Origin: Sulfurimonas sp.
Lineage (GTDB): Bacteria; Campylobacterota; Campylobacteria; Campylobacterales; Sulfurimonadaceae
Direction: 5' to 3'
DNA: 61,618 nt
Assembly (NCBI GenBank): GCA_030654155.1
Contig: JAURYA010000094.1
Span: 1-61,618 of the forward strand
In this document: positions 1-9,750 of the stretch, in pieces
Numbering within the stretch: position 1 is the first letter of the stretch
Layout: each line of letters opens with the position of its first letter
Position numbers and translations under genes: made by a program
The notes under the pieces: model-generated
Told to the model about the DNA's origin: nothing
Databases searched by the model: none
The model's input: the letters and a program-made list of their open reading frames with translations, nothing else

Positions 1-711
1 AAAGACCAGATTTTAGAAGCACAGTCCAAACAGGCGGTTATGGGTGAGATGATAAGTATGATTGCTCATCAGTGGAGACAGCCTCTCTCTACGATTACGC
101 TCCAAATAGCAAACCTGCAGTTCAAGCAACTGCTTGGTAAAGATAGAAATAGTGAAGATATAGACAGTGCGCTAAACAATATAAGTGACACTATTGTTTA
201 TCTATCCGATACAATTGATGATTTTCAAGGATATTTTCATCCAAATAAAGAGATATTAGAGATTGAAATTCATGATTTGCTTCAAAGAGCGGTAAATTTT
301 GCCATATCAAGAGTGCAAGATGGAGATATAAAGATATCAATAAATAAGATTTCTGAAATTAACGTCAGTACATATATAAATGAGCTCGTTCAAGTGGTCT
401 TAAATATATTAAATAATGCGATAGATGCTCATAATGATCTAAAAACTAAAGATCCGTTTATTGCGTTAAATGCCAAAATGGCTGGAGATATGGTTTTGAT
501 ATACATAGAAGACAATGCAGGCGGTATAAAAACCATGAATCTGCCGCATTTATTCGAGCCATATTTCAGTACAAAGGGTAAAAACGGGACGGGACTAGGT
601 CTTTACATGAGCAAGATGATTATACAGAAGCAGTTTGGCGGCGAGATTGATGTAGTAAATGCTAATAACGGAGCTACGTTTATTATTAAAATTCCTAAAA
701 TAATTACCTAA
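1..711 (+). CDS. Sensor histidine kinase, C-terminal part (5' end lies outside the window)
   Basis: Frame open from base 1 (KDQILEAQSKQAVMGE...). H-box IAHQWRQPL, N-box NILNNAIDA, G1 DNAGG, F-box FEPYFSTK, G2 GTGLGL. Confidence 0.93.
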   Translation, partial: KDQILEAQSKQAVMGEMISMIAHQWRQPLSTITLQIANLQFKQLLGKDRNSEDIDSALNNISDTIVYLSDTIDDFQGYFHPNKEILEIEIHDLLQRAVNFAISRVQDGDIKISINKISEINVSTYINELVQVVLNILNNAIDAHNDLKTKDPFIALNAKMAGDMVLIYIEDNAGGIKTMNLPHLFEPYFSTKGKNGTGLGLYMSKMIIQKQFGGEIDVVNANNGATFIIKIPKIIT

Positions 712-797
712 TGTGATAAAAATACTCTTTTGTAGAGAGTTTAAAAAAAAATGAGAATTTTTGAGATATAATTTATCAAAACAACGAAGGTTTATAT

Positions 798-1778
798 ATG
801 TATTTAAAAGATTTAAAGTTCTCTTTGTGGGCAGATTTTATTGAAAGAAACTATTTAGATAACGAGTTTAGAGAGCTGGTAGAGGGTGGGATAATAAATG
901 GAGCCACTTCAAATCCGGCAATTTTTAAAAATGCAATACTAAGCTCAAGTGCATACAAAGAGCAGCTCTCATCGCTTGCTCATCTTTCCCCAAAAGAGAA
1001 GTATGAAGCCTTGGCAATATATGATATACAAAAAGCAGCTGATATATTAAAGCCGCTCTATGATGCAGGCGATGACGGATATGTCAGCATAGAGGTAGAC
1101 CCTTATCTTTGCGATGATGCCAATGGGACTATCGAAGAGGGGAAAAGACTTTTCTCACAAATTAATCGTAAAAATATTATGATAAAAGTCCCCGCAACGG
1201 ATGCTGGATATGTGGCTATGCGCGAGCTTGTAGGCAGCGGAATCCCCGTAAATGCTACTCTTATATTTAAAAAAGAGCAAGCAACTTCATGTGCTGAGGC
1301 TTTTAGAGAGGGCGTGGCAAAAAACGGTTCAAAGGTAGATACGGTTATAAGCGTTTTTGTAAGCAGAGTTGACAGAGCTTTAGATGAAGAGCTCTCAAGA
1401 GGCGGTGTTGATGTAGCACTCAGCGGAATATACAACAGTGCGGATATATATGCAGAGGTTCAGATGATGGGTGTTAAAGGATGCAGGACACTTTTTGCAA
1501 GTACGGGCGTAAAGGACGATTCGCTTCCCCCTCACTACTATATAGAAAAACTTTTAGCGTATAACAGCGTAAACACTGCTCCTGTTGATACCATAAAGGC
1601 TTTTCATTTAAATGGAGTAAAAAGGAGCGCTTTGCCAATTCCAACTCAAATCATAGAAGAACATTTCGAAAAAATCAAGAGCTTAGGCATAGATTTTAAT
1701 GCTGTTTTGGATAAGCAGATATCTGATGGATTAAAATCTTTTAAAGACGCATTTAAAGATATATTGGAGTCATTATGA
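798..1778 (+). CDS. tal: Transaldolase
   Basis: GATSNPAIF, VSIEVDP, IMIKVPAT (Schiff-base Lys), VFVSRVD, LFASTGVK motifs. Confidence 0.95.
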   Translation: MYLKDLKFSLWADFIERNYLDNEFRELVEGGIINGATSNPAIFKNAILSSSAYKEQLSSLAHLSPKEKYEALAIYDIQKAADILKPLYDAGDDGYVSIEVDPYLCDDANGTIEEGKRLFSQINRKNIMIKVPATDAGYVAMRELVGSGIPVNATLIFKKEQATSCAEAFREGVAKNGSKVDTVISVFVSRVDRALDEELSRGGVDVALSGIYNSADIYAEVQMMGVKGCRTLFASTGVKDDSLPPHYYIEKLLAYNSVNTAPVDTIKAFHLNGVKRSALPIPTQIIEEHFEKIKSLGIDFNAVLDKQISDGLKSFKDAFKDILESL

Positions 1779-2974
1779 GTCAAAATAGAAATGAAGTAGA
1801 TATAAGTCAGTTAACGTTTGAGCAATTAAAAAAGATTAGAGAGTATCTTAAAAAACTTATTGAAAACGGCGGGAGTGACTTGCATGTCAAATCAAACGGC
1901 GTAATCAGAGCCAGAATTAACGGAACAATAGTTCCATTTTCCGGAAGTATATTCTCTTATGATGATGCAATGAGTTTGGCAAAAGAGATTTTAAGAGGCA
2001 GATATGCGGAGCTGGTAGAGAATAAAGAGGTCGACTTGGTTTATCAATTTGATGAGCAAAACCGTTTTCGTGTAAATATCTTTTTTCAGACAGACGGACC
2101 CTCTTTTGTATTTCGTGTTATTCCTATGACTATTCCGACTATTGATCAGATGAATTTTCCAGAAATCATACGAGCTTTTACAAAAGAGCCCCGTGGTCTT
2201 ATACTGGTTACGGGAACTACGGGTAGCGGTAAGTCAACGACGCTTGCGGCAATGATACATGAGATTAACACAACGCAAAAAAAGCATATTATAACTATTG
2301 AAGATCCTATCGAGTTCGTTCATAAAGATAGAGGATGTATTATAAATCAGCGTTCTGTCGGGCAAGATACGCTCTCTTTTGACAGAGCGCTAAGAGCAGC
2401 TTTGCGCGAGGACCCCGACATTATACTTGTAGGTGAGATGAGAGATAGGGAAACTATTGAGCTGGCACTTCACGCGGCCGACACTGGGCATTTGGTTTTC
2501 TCAACTCTGCACACGATAGATGCGAAAGAGACGATAAATCGTATCATAGCAATATTTCCTAATGAGGAGCAAAATCGCGTTCGTCTCTCTCTTGCGGGAG
2601 TTTTAAAAGGAGTTATTTCTCAAAGACTAATCCCAACGATAGATGACAAGCGAGTTGCGGCAATGGAGATTCTTGTGAAGACTCCCACAATCGAGAAGCT
2701 GATTTTGGAAAATCGCGATTATGAGATTAAAGAAGCAATAGAAAAAGGTAGAGAGCACTACAAGTCGCAAAGTTTTGATCAGCATATTTTAGATATTTAC
2801 AACAGTGGAATAATAACAAAAGAGAGAGCAAAAGATTATGCTACAAGTCCAGCTGACTTAGAGCTTAAGATGAGTGGGTTAAACACTTCTAAACCATCTG
2901 AACATGCAAATAACGGTGAGAACAAAGGCAAATACCAACCGGCTCGCGATGAGGATGTTTTTGATTTGAAATAA
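1775..2974 (+). CDS. pilT: PilT/PilU-family type IV pilus retraction ATPase
   Basis: GSDLH, Walker A GTTGSGKST, TIEDPIE Asp box, ALREDPDIILVGEMRD, TGHLVFSTLH His box. Confidence 0.9.
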   Translation: MSQNRNEVDISQLTFEQLKKIREYLKKLIENGGSDLHVKSNGVIRARINGTIVPFSGSIFSYDDAMSLAKEILRGRYAELVENKEVDLVYQFDEQNRFRVNIFFQTDGPSFVFRVIPMTIPTIDQMNFPEIIRAFTKEPRGLILVTGTTGSGKSTTLAAMIHEINTTQKKHIITIEDPIEFVHKDRGCIINQRSVGQDTLSFDRALRAALREDPDIILVGEMRDRETIELALHAADTGHLVFSTLHTIDAKETINRIIAIFPNEEQNRVRLSLAGVLKGVISQRLIPTIDDKRVAAMEILVKTPTIEKLILENRDYEIKEAIEKGREHYKSQSFDQHILDIYNSGIITKERAKDYATSPADLELKMSGLNTSKPSEHANNGENKGKYQPARDEDVFDLK

Positions 2975-3006
2975 TCTCTTTTAACTGCAATTAAAGCTTA
3001 AAGAGG

Positions 3007-3012
3007 TATAAT
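3007..3012 (+). promoter_or_regulatory. Putative sigma70 -10 box upstream of rplY
   Basis: TATAAT 28 bp upstream of the ATG, with AAGGA Shine-Dalgarno before the start. Confidence 0.55.
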
Positions 3013-3040
3013 TCCAAACATTTTTTATTAAGGATTTAAT

Positions 3041-3577
3041 ATGTTAGAAGGCATTATTAGAGAGAGTATTGGCAAAAAAGGCACAAAAGCGCTTCGCCGC
3101 GATGGTTATCTAATTGCGAACATTTACGGAAAAGGGCTTGAAAATATTCACGCTGCGTTTAAAGACAATGAGTATATCCGTACTGTTCGTAACAAAGAGA
3201 CTTTAGCATTTCCTGTTTCTGTTGGTGGAAAAGTGATGAACGTTGTAGTTCAATCATACGAAGCACATCCATTGACAGCTAAACTTTTACATGTAGATTT
3301 AATGGTAGCACAATCAGGTGTTTTAACACACTATCACGTTCCGGTTGTGACGGTAGGTGATGCAATAGGATTGAAAAACAAAGGTCTTATACATATCTCA
3401 AAACCTCGTTTAAGAGTTAAAGCTACTATTGAAAATCTTCCAGTTAGCATTGTTGTTGATGTTGCTAAAATGGACGTTGGAGATTCAAAACTTCTTCGTG
3501 ATATAGCAAAAATTGAAAACGTTACATTTACAGATGCTGATCGTGTATCTGTTCTAAGCATAATCAAAGCTAAGTAA
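3041..3577 (+). CDS. rplY: 50S ribosomal protein L25 / general stress protein Ctc
   Basis: R...GKK...LRRDG...ANIYG, HPL...LLHVD; adjacent to pth as usual. Confidence 0.95.
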   Translation: MLEGIIRESIGKKGTKALRRDGYLIANIYGKGLENIHAAFKDNEYIRTVRNKETLAFPVSVGGKVMNVVVQSYEAHPLTAKLLHVDLMVAQSGVLTHYHVPVVTVGDAIGLKNKGLIHISKPRLRVKATIENLPVSIVVDVAKMDVGDSKLLRDIAKIENVTFTDADRVSVLSIIKAK

Positions 3578-3579
3578 TT

Positions 3580-4137
3580 ATGTTAATAGTCGGTCTGGGA
3601 AATCCTGGCCCGAATTATGAACACACTCGTCATAATATAGGTTTTATGGTTATTGACGAGCTGATTAGAAGACAAAATGCTCAAAAACTCTCCTCATCAT
3701 CGTTTAACGGTGAACTTTTCAAATTTTCAAATCATTTTTTATTAAAACCTCTTACATTTATGAATCTATCAGGCAATTCTGTATTAGCCGTGAAAAGTTT
3801 TTATAAAATTGATGATGTAGTTGTAATACATGATGATTTAGATTTGCCATTCGGCACGCTTCGCTTTAAAAAAGGGGGCGGAGACGGCGGACATAACGGC
3901 CTTAAATCTACCGATGAGAAGATTTCAAAGGAGTATATCAGAGTTAGAATGGGCATAGGCAAACCTGAACACAAGGGCGAAGTGGCATCTTATGTGTTAG
4001 GTAATTTTAGCAAAGAGGAGCAGGAGCACCTCAAGACGTGGATACCTTTTGCATGTGAAGCGGTTGAATATTTGCTCAAGAACTCGCTGGAAGATACCAG
4101 CTCTAAATATACAATTAAAAAATTTCAGCTAGAATAG
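3580..4137 (+). CDS. pth: Peptidyl-tRNA hydrolase
   Basis: LIVGLGNPG..Y..TRHNIGF, KPLTFMNLSG, HDDLD, GGHNGLKS. Confidence 0.97.
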   Translation: MLIVGLGNPGPNYEHTRHNIGFMVIDELIRRQNAQKLSSSSFNGELFKFSNHFLLKPLTFMNLSGNSVLAVKSFYKIDDVVVIHDDLDLPFGTLRFKKGGGDGGHNGLKSTDEKISKEYIRVRMGIGKPEHKGEVASYVLGNFSKEEQEHLKTWIPFACEAVEYLLKNSLEDTSSKYTIKKFQLE

Positions 4138-4154
4138 CAGTGAAATATAAAATA

Positions 4155-4220
4155 AATTTCTTGCCGAGGGGCAAAGATTTCGTGACCAAATATAAGCTGG
4201 ACTTGTTCAGTTTGCATGAG
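4155..4220 (+). repeat. Partial/diverged palindromic element with a GGA-CTTG-TTC hairpin
   Basis: Hairpins TTGCC-gagg-GGCAA (4161-4174) and AAGCTGGA-cttg-TTCAGTTT. The core GGACTTGTTC (4199-4208) followed by ATGAG also occurs in the 40127-40227 element. Confidence 0.5.
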
Positions 4221-4230
4221 AAGGATAGAA

Positions 4231-5301
4231 ATGCTAGCTTTTAAATATATCTCTTTTCACTACATGAAATATTTTATGATTATTTTACTGGCTCTTGTCC
4301 TGTTTCTGGTCGGATTTGACTACATGGGCAGCACGGAGAAGTTAGAGATTTCCGCAAACCTGCTTCTGATATATATAGTATATAAAACATTTTATGCCGT
4401 TGATATGCTTCTTCCGCTTTCGCTTATATTTGCGATGATAAGCACAAAATTATTTTTAATTCGCTCAAATGCGCTAGTCTCTTTTTACTCTCTTGGTTAT
4501 TCAAGAGTCGATATTCTTAAGCCTTTTGTCGTCGTCTCCACAACTATAATTCTCATTTTTATCTCTTTGCACGCAATACCAAATTTTGCAAGAGCCGACG
4601 AGATGGCTAAAAATATTCGTAAAAATGCGCAATATCTCAGCCCTACAACAGACCTGTTTTTTACATACAAAGATCAATTTATATATTTTTCAAAATTGTT
4701 GCCTCTGCAAGAGAGCGCTGAAAATATACGTGTATTTAGTTTTGCCAACAACTCATTAAAAGAGGTTTTAGTTGCCACAAAGGCAGCATATAGAAATGAT
4801 GCTTGGCGCATAGACAAGGCTGATATTATTACAAAACCTGAGGATATAAGTTTTGACTCTTTGGGGATAAAGGTTACCGAGCAGAACAATTTAGAGATTC
4901 TTCAGGGCTTTAGACCAAAAATGCTTGATCAGGTTTATGAGGGCAAAGTAAACTTTACTATAAAAGACGCAATAGACGCATACATTCTTTTAAAAGCACA
5001 AAACATCAATACTGCCATTGTAAAAAGCGCTATTTACAAAATGTTTGTATATCCGTTTTTTGTTCCCAGCCTTGTTGTCATTATCTTCTTCTTTGTTCCG
5101 GTCAGTGTAAGATTTTTAAACGTATCGCTATTTAGTTTTGTAGCTATTATCTCATCACTTGTAGTCTGGGCATTTCTTTTTGCGTTAATAGAGCTATCAA
5201 GCCACAAAACGTTGCCAAGCGAAGTTGGTATAATCCTTCCTGTTTTTCTGCTCTTTTTAGTTGCGTTAAGGCAATGGAGAAAATATCGCCTCGCCGCTTA
5301 A
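4231..5301 (+). CDS. LptF/LptG family LPS export permease
   Basis: Three N-terminal TM helices, periplasmic domain, three C-terminal TMs; RSNALVSFYSLGYS resembles the family r.nEl.al.a.G.s motif. Start moved to ATG 4231 behind AAGGA. Confidence 0.85.
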   Translation: MLAFKYISFHYMKYFMIILLALVLFLVGFDYMGSTEKLEISANLLLIYIVYKTFYAVDMLLPLSLIFAMISTKLFLIRSNALVSFYSLGYSRVDILKPFVVVSTTIILIFISLHAIPNFARADEMAKNIRKNAQYLSPTTDLFFTYKDQFIYFSKLLPLQESAENIRVFSFANNSLKEVLVATKAAYRNDAWRIDKADIITKPEDISFDSLGIKVTEQNNLEILQGFRPKMLDQVYEGKVNFTIKDAIDAYILLKAQNINTAIVKSAIYKMFVYPFFVPSLVVIIFFFVPVSVRFLNVSLFSFVAIISSLVVWAFLFALIELSSHKTLPSEVGIILPVFLLFLVALRQWRKYRLAA

Positions 5302-5359
5302 TACCAAATAGCTTCTCTTTATATTTGTCGAATAAAGAGTTGGTGGCATTTGGTGTAAG
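5297..5359. terminator. Long imperfect hairpin after the LptF/G gene (terminator or palindromic element)
   Basis: CTTA-a-TACCAAAT...ATTTGGTG-TAAG outer stem and CTCTTTAT...ATAAAGAG inner stem, overlapping the stop codon. Confidence 0.45.
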
Positions 5360-5422
5360 GCTTTATAACAAAAATATAAGTACTTTTTGGATAAAATGCC
5401 CTAAAAAATATTTGGGACTTTT

Positions 5423-6634
5423 ATGATAAATTTTAAAAAACTAGCAGCTACATATAAAACTCCGCTCTATATATATGATTTAGACTATATGACAAAGCAG
5501 TATGAGGAGCTAAAAGAGGCTTTTAAAGGCAGAAAGTCAATTATGGCATTTGCAATAAAATCAAACTCCAACCTTAGTATTATTAACCATTTTGCCACTC
5601 TTGGAAGCGGTGCAGACTGTGTCTCAATCGGGGAAGTTCGCCGTGCGTTTCTTGCGGGAATTCCGAGTTATAAAATTATCTTTTCAGGCGTTGGAAAGAG
5701 TGACGATGAAATACGCGAAGCGATAGAAAAAGACATTTTGTATATCAATGTTGAGAGCGAAGCAGAGCTTGGACGAGTAGAACTTATAGCAAAAGAGTTA
5801 AAGGCAAAATGCAGAATCAGCGTAAGAGTAAATCCAAATATTGACCCGTTAACCCATCCATATATCTCAACGGGGCTTCATGACAACAAGTTTGGAGTTG
5901 AGATAGAGGCTGCAAAGAGAATGTATATCCGCGCCAATAACTCCGAGCATTTAGACCCTGTCGGGATTCATTTTCATATAGGTTCCCAGCTTACAGAGCT
6001 TAAGCCTATTTATGAATCTGCCGAGATTGTGGCTGATTTGGTTCGTTCCCTCTCAAGCATAAAAATAGAGCTGAAGTTTTTTGACATCGGCGGCGGACTC
6101 GGTGTTAAGTATAAAGATGAGGTTACGATAAAGCCTTATGATTATGCGCAGGCAATTTTGGGAACGCTTAAAGGTTTAGACTTGACGATTATTTGCGAGC
6201 CTGGAAGATTTCTAACTGCAAACGGCGGATATTTCTTAACAAAAGTTTTATACGAGAAGCAAAACGGCGCAAAAAGATTTGTTGTGGTTGATGGCGCAAT
6301 GAATGACCTTCTTCGCCCTAGCCTCTATAAAGCTTATCACAAAATTGAAGCGATAACCCAGAGCAAAACAGATGAGAGTGAGGCGGATGTAGTTGGTCCA
6401 GTTTGCGAAAGCGGCGACTTCTTTGCAAAAAATTATCCGCTGCCGATTTTAGAGCATAACGATTTGCTTGTGATTCACAGCGCAGGAGCTTACGGCTTTG
6501 GCATGGGAAGCAACTACAACACAAGAGGAAGAAGCGCTGAAGTAGCAATTAAAGGTGATGAGGTAAAACTTATTCGCAGACGCGAAGAGTTTGAAGACTT
6601 GATTGCCCTAGAGAAAGAATTTTTGGAAAACTGA
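5423..6634 (+). CDS. lysA: Diaminopimelate decarboxylase
   Basis: FAIKSN (PLP Lys), HPYISTG, HFHIGSQ, DIGGG, EPGR, GPVCESGD, GAYG..M.SNYN. Confidence 0.97.
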   Translation: MINFKKLAATYKTPLYIYDLDYMTKQYEELKEAFKGRKSIMAFAIKSNSNLSIINHFATLGSGADCVSIGEVRRAFLAGIPSYKIIFSGVGKSDDEIREAIEKDILYINVESEAELGRVELIAKELKAKCRISVRVNPNIDPLTHPYISTGLHDNKFGVEIEAAKRMYIRANNSEHLDPVGIHFHIGSQLTELKPIYESAEIVADLVRSLSSIKIELKFFDIGGGLGVKYKDEVTIKPYDYAQAILGTLKGLDLTIICEPGRFLTANGGYFLTKVLYEKQNGAKRFVVVDGAMNDLLRPSLYKAYHKIEAITQSKTDESEADVVGPVCESGDFFAKNYPLPILEHNDLLVIHSAGAYGFGMGSNYNTRGRSAEVAIKGDEVKLIRRREEFEDLIALEKEFLEN

Positions 6635-6635
6635 G

Positions 6636-7427
6636 ATGTATTTTATTGATGTTCAAGGTACTTTAATCAGCGATGTAGACAAATCCCCAATCCGTGGGAG
6701 CATTGAATTTATCGACATGTTAAATGAGAAGAAAATCCCATACATGATTATTACAAACAGCACAAAAAAAGCTTCGAATGAGTTTTATAATTTTTTAAAA
6801 TCAATCGGATTTAATTTTGAGTTTTCATCTTATCTTGACCCTCTGATGCTTTTGGAGTCACGCGTAGAAAAAGACGGTGTTGCGGCTTATGGGGCAGATG
6901 AGTTTTTGGATGTTTTGAAAAAAATGGGCTATATTTTAAATTACAAAAATCCAAAAACGGTACTAATATCAATAAAAGAGAATTTTACCGCAGACGAGTA
7001 TGCTCAAATAATAGATTTCTTGCTTGGCGGCGCTTCTTTGGTCGGTATGCACGAAACATCAATTTATGCTAAAGACTCTAAAAGATATCCTGGAGTCGGA
7101 GCAATTTTAAAGATGCTTGAGTTTGCCACATCTTGCAGTTATGATGTTGTTGGAAAGCCGAGCATTTCATTCTATAAAGAGGCTCTAAGGATGTTGCAAA
7201 AACAAAATGCCAATGCAAAATTTAGCGATGTAACTATTATCAGCGATGATGTAAAAGGTGATTTGGGCGGTGCAAAAGAGATGGGAATGAAGACGATTTT
7301 TGTAACAAGCGGAAAATATAAAAGTGCGGATGAGATAGTTCCATTTTTAAATCCCGAATTAAGACCTGACTATATCTATGCTGATATGCAGGATATTTTG
7401 GAGCATAACAAGTTGGAGAGCAGATGA
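6636..7427 (+). CDS. HAD-IIA (NagD-like) hydrolase
   Basis: FIDVQGTL motif I variant, ITNS, VVGKPS, ISDD...DL.GA, SGKY. Confidence 0.88.
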   Translation: MYFIDVQGTLISDVDKSPIRGSIEFIDMLNEKKIPYMIITNSTKKASNEFYNFLKSIGFNFEFSSYLDPLMLLESRVEKDGVAAYGADEFLDVLKKMGYILNYKNPKTVLISIKENFTADEYAQIIDFLLGGASLVGMHETSIYAKDSKRYPGVGAILKMLEFATSCSYDVVGKPSISFYKEALRMLQKQNANAKFSDVTIISDDVKGDLGGAKEMGMKTIFVTSGKYKSADEIVPFLNPELRPDYIYADMQDILEHNKLESR

Positions 7428-8536
7428 AAACTTTAGAAGAGTGCAGAGAAGCAATTGACGTTATTGATGATGAGCTGTTAGCGCTTCTCAACAGAAGAAT
7501 GAATATTGTCAAGCGAGTAGGCGAGATAAAAAAAAGCAGCGATAGCGCTATTTACAGACCTGAGAGAGAAAAGGCGATTATTCAAAGATTGACGCAAAAC
7601 AGCATAGACGCTAACGGTCTTTTAAACACAAGTGCCATAGAGGCTATATTTTTAGAAATTTTTGCGGTCTCAAGAAACCTAGAACTTCCAGAGCGCATAG
7701 CATATCTTGGACCTGAGGGCAGTTTTACGCACCAAGCCGCAGAGAGCAGATTTGGGGCAATGAGCGACTATCTGTCCATGAACTCAATCCCCTCTGTTTT
7801 TAAAGAACTTGAAGCAAAAAGAGCAAAATTCGGCGTTGTTCCGATTGAAAATTCAAGAGACGGGATAGTCGGTGAAACACTTGACCTATTGGCAAACAGC
7901 AGTGTAAAAATAGTAGCGGAATTATACATGCCTATTCACATGTCGTTTGCTACAAAGGCGAAAAAATTATCCCAAATTACTAAAGTTTACTCAAGAGACA
8001 AAGGTTTTGGACAGTGCAGAGAGTTTCTTCAGGAGCACAATCTTATAAATGTCGAACAGATTCCCGTTGAGTCAACCGCGAAAGCTGCTATTTTGGCTGC
8101 CAAAGATCCAAATGCCGCTGCAATCTGCAGCCATATCGCAGCTAAATTATACGGTATTCCGACAATGTTTGACCACATCGAGGATGACATAGGTTCTCAA
8201 ACAAGATTCGTGATACTTAGCGACTTCAAAAATGCCAAGAGCGAGGATGACAAAACTTCCATATTGGTGAGATTGGAAGATTCCATCAAAGCAGGTTCGC
8301 TAGTTCACTTTTTGCAGGATTTTGACGAACAAGATATAAATCTTTCAAAAATAGAGTCTCGCCCATCCAAAGACAAAGGCGGGTTTGACTACTGGTTTTT
8401 TATAGACTTTTACGGACATGTGGATGATGAAAAATTTCAAAAAGTATTACAAAAACATAAAGGAGAAGTAACTTGGCTAGGAAGTTACACCAGCAATGGC
8501 ATAAACTACAAAGGACAAAACATTGAAATTCAATAA
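7424..8536 (+). CDS. pheA: Chorismate mutase / prephenate dehydratase
   Basis: N-terminal AroQ domain (R..ID.ID..L..LLNRR, RPERE), [15 protein letters not shown] domain with SKIESRP. Confidence 0.96.
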   Translation: MKTLEECREAIDVIDDELLALLNRRMNIVKRVGEIKKSSDSAIYRPEREKAIIQRLTQNSIDANGLLNTSAIEAIFLEIFAVSRNLELPERIAYLGPEGSFTHQAAESRFGAMSDYLSMNSIPSVFKELEAKRAKFGVVPIENSRDGIVGETLDLLANSSVKIVAELYMPIHMSFATKAKKLSQITKVYSRDKGFGQCREFLQEHNLINVEQIPVESTAKAAILAAKDPNAAAICSHIAAKLYGIPTMFDHIEDDIGSQTRFVILSDFKNAKSEDDKTSILVRLEDSIKAGSLVHFLQDFDEQDINLSKIESRPSKDKGGFDYWFFIDFYGHVDDEKFQKVLQKHKGEVTWLGSYTSNGINYKGQNIEIQ

Positions 8537-9617
8537 AAATTTAGAAAATATTAAAACATATGAAGCGGGAAAGCCGATAGAGTTGGTGGTAAGAGAGTAC
8601 GGCATTGAGCCAAAAGATATCGTAAAACTTGCTTCTAACGAAAACCCTTACGGAACCTCGCCAAAGGTTATAGAGGCCGTTAGCGCCATAGTATCAAAGA
8701 TGGCTCTTTACCCTGATGACTCTATGATAAAGCTCAAAAAGGCACTAAGTGCAAGATTTGACGTAAAAGATGAAAACATAATTATAGGCTCCGGAAGCGA
8801 TCAGGTTATAGAGTTTTTAATACATGCAAAAGCGCATACCGGCTCAAAAATTTTAATGAACTCCATTACGTTTGCAATGTATGAGATATATGCAAAGCAT
8901 GTCGGTGCAGAGGTTATCAGAACATCTTCACAAGAGCACAATTTAGATGAGTTTTATGAGCTCTACAAAAAAGAGAAGCCTGATATTATATTTATATGCA
9001 CACCGAACAATCCAACGGGAGATGCTCTTGATGCACAGAAAATCTATAACTTTTTAAACAAAATAGATAGTGATACTTTGGTTGTTATTGATGCCGCTTA
9101 TCTTGAGTATGCAATCGTTAAAGACAGTAAGAAAAAGATAGACGCAAAAGCGTTTATTGAGCAGTTTGAGAACGTTATCTATCTCGGAACATTTTCTAAA
9201 GCTTACGGGCTTGGCGGAATGAGGGTAGGATACGGTTTAGCAGACTCTAATATAATAAAAGAGCTTTACAAGCTCAGACCCCCTTTTAACATTACTACTC
9301 TCTCTCTTGAGGCCGCAAGAGTAGCCCTTAGCGATGAGGAGTTTGTGAAAAAAAGTGTAACTCTAAATTTTGAACAGATGAAAAGGTATGAAGAGTTTGC
9401 AAAAGAGCAAAAAATAGATATAATAAACAGCTATACAAATTTTGTTACATTGTGTCTAAATTCAAGCCAAAATTCTACGAAAATCTCAAATCAGCTCTTG
9501 CAAAAGGGGATGATAGTTAGGGATTTGAGCAGCTATAATATGAACGCAATTAGGGTTACGATAGGCACTGACGAGCAAAATAGTCGTTTTTTTAAGTTAG
9601 TGATACAATTTTTATAA
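8523..9617 (+). CDS. hisC: Histidinol-phosphate aminotransferase
   Basis: [42 protein letters not shown] start overlapping pheA. Confidence 0.95.
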   Translation: MKFNKNLENIKTYEAGKPIELVVREYGIEPKDIVKLASNENPYGTSPKVIEAVSAIVSKMALYPDDSMIKLKKALSARFDVKDENIIIGSGSDQVIEFLIHAKAHTGSKILMNSITFAMYEIYAKHVGAEVIRTSSQEHNLDEFYELYKKEKPDIIFICTPNNPTGDALDAQKIYNFLNKIDSDTLVVIDAAYLEYAIVKDSKKKIDAKAFIEQFENVIYLGTFSKAYGLGGMRVGYGLADSNIIKELYKLRPPFNITTLSLEAARVALSDEEFVKKSVTLNFEQMKRYEEFAKEQKIDIINSYTNFVTLCLNSSQNSTKISNQLLQKGMIVRDLSSYNMNAIRVTIGTDEQNSRFFKLVIQFL

Positions 9618-9625
9618 TAGTAAAA

Positions 9626-9726
9626 ATACTTTGTAGTTCTCGAAAAACTTGATTTTCGTAGCTTCAGGGGGTTGTAGGGACGTTAGTCCCTGCCACTAAA
9701 AAGGACGTGTTCATTTTAGTGCGTAA
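9626..9726 (+). repeat. ~101 bp three-hairpin intergenic repeat, copy 1 (REP/MITE-like)
   Basis: CGAAAA-acttga-TTTTCG, AGGGAC-gtta-GTCCCT and CACTAAAA...TTTTAGTG hairpins; colinear with 40127-40227. Confidence 0.8.
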
Positions 9727-9750
9727 CATCAGATAATAAATGGGAAGTTG

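Noticed and set aside
743-751. Phase-variable homopolymer (A9 upstream of tal; A8 runs in some genes)
   Set aside because: Runs of this length are expected in AT-rich DNA, and I saw no long poly-G/C tract of the Campylobacter contingency type.
5302-5422. Lysine riboswitch upstream of lysA
   Set aside because: The 121-bp spacer is too short for the aptamer plus platform and shows only one hairpin.
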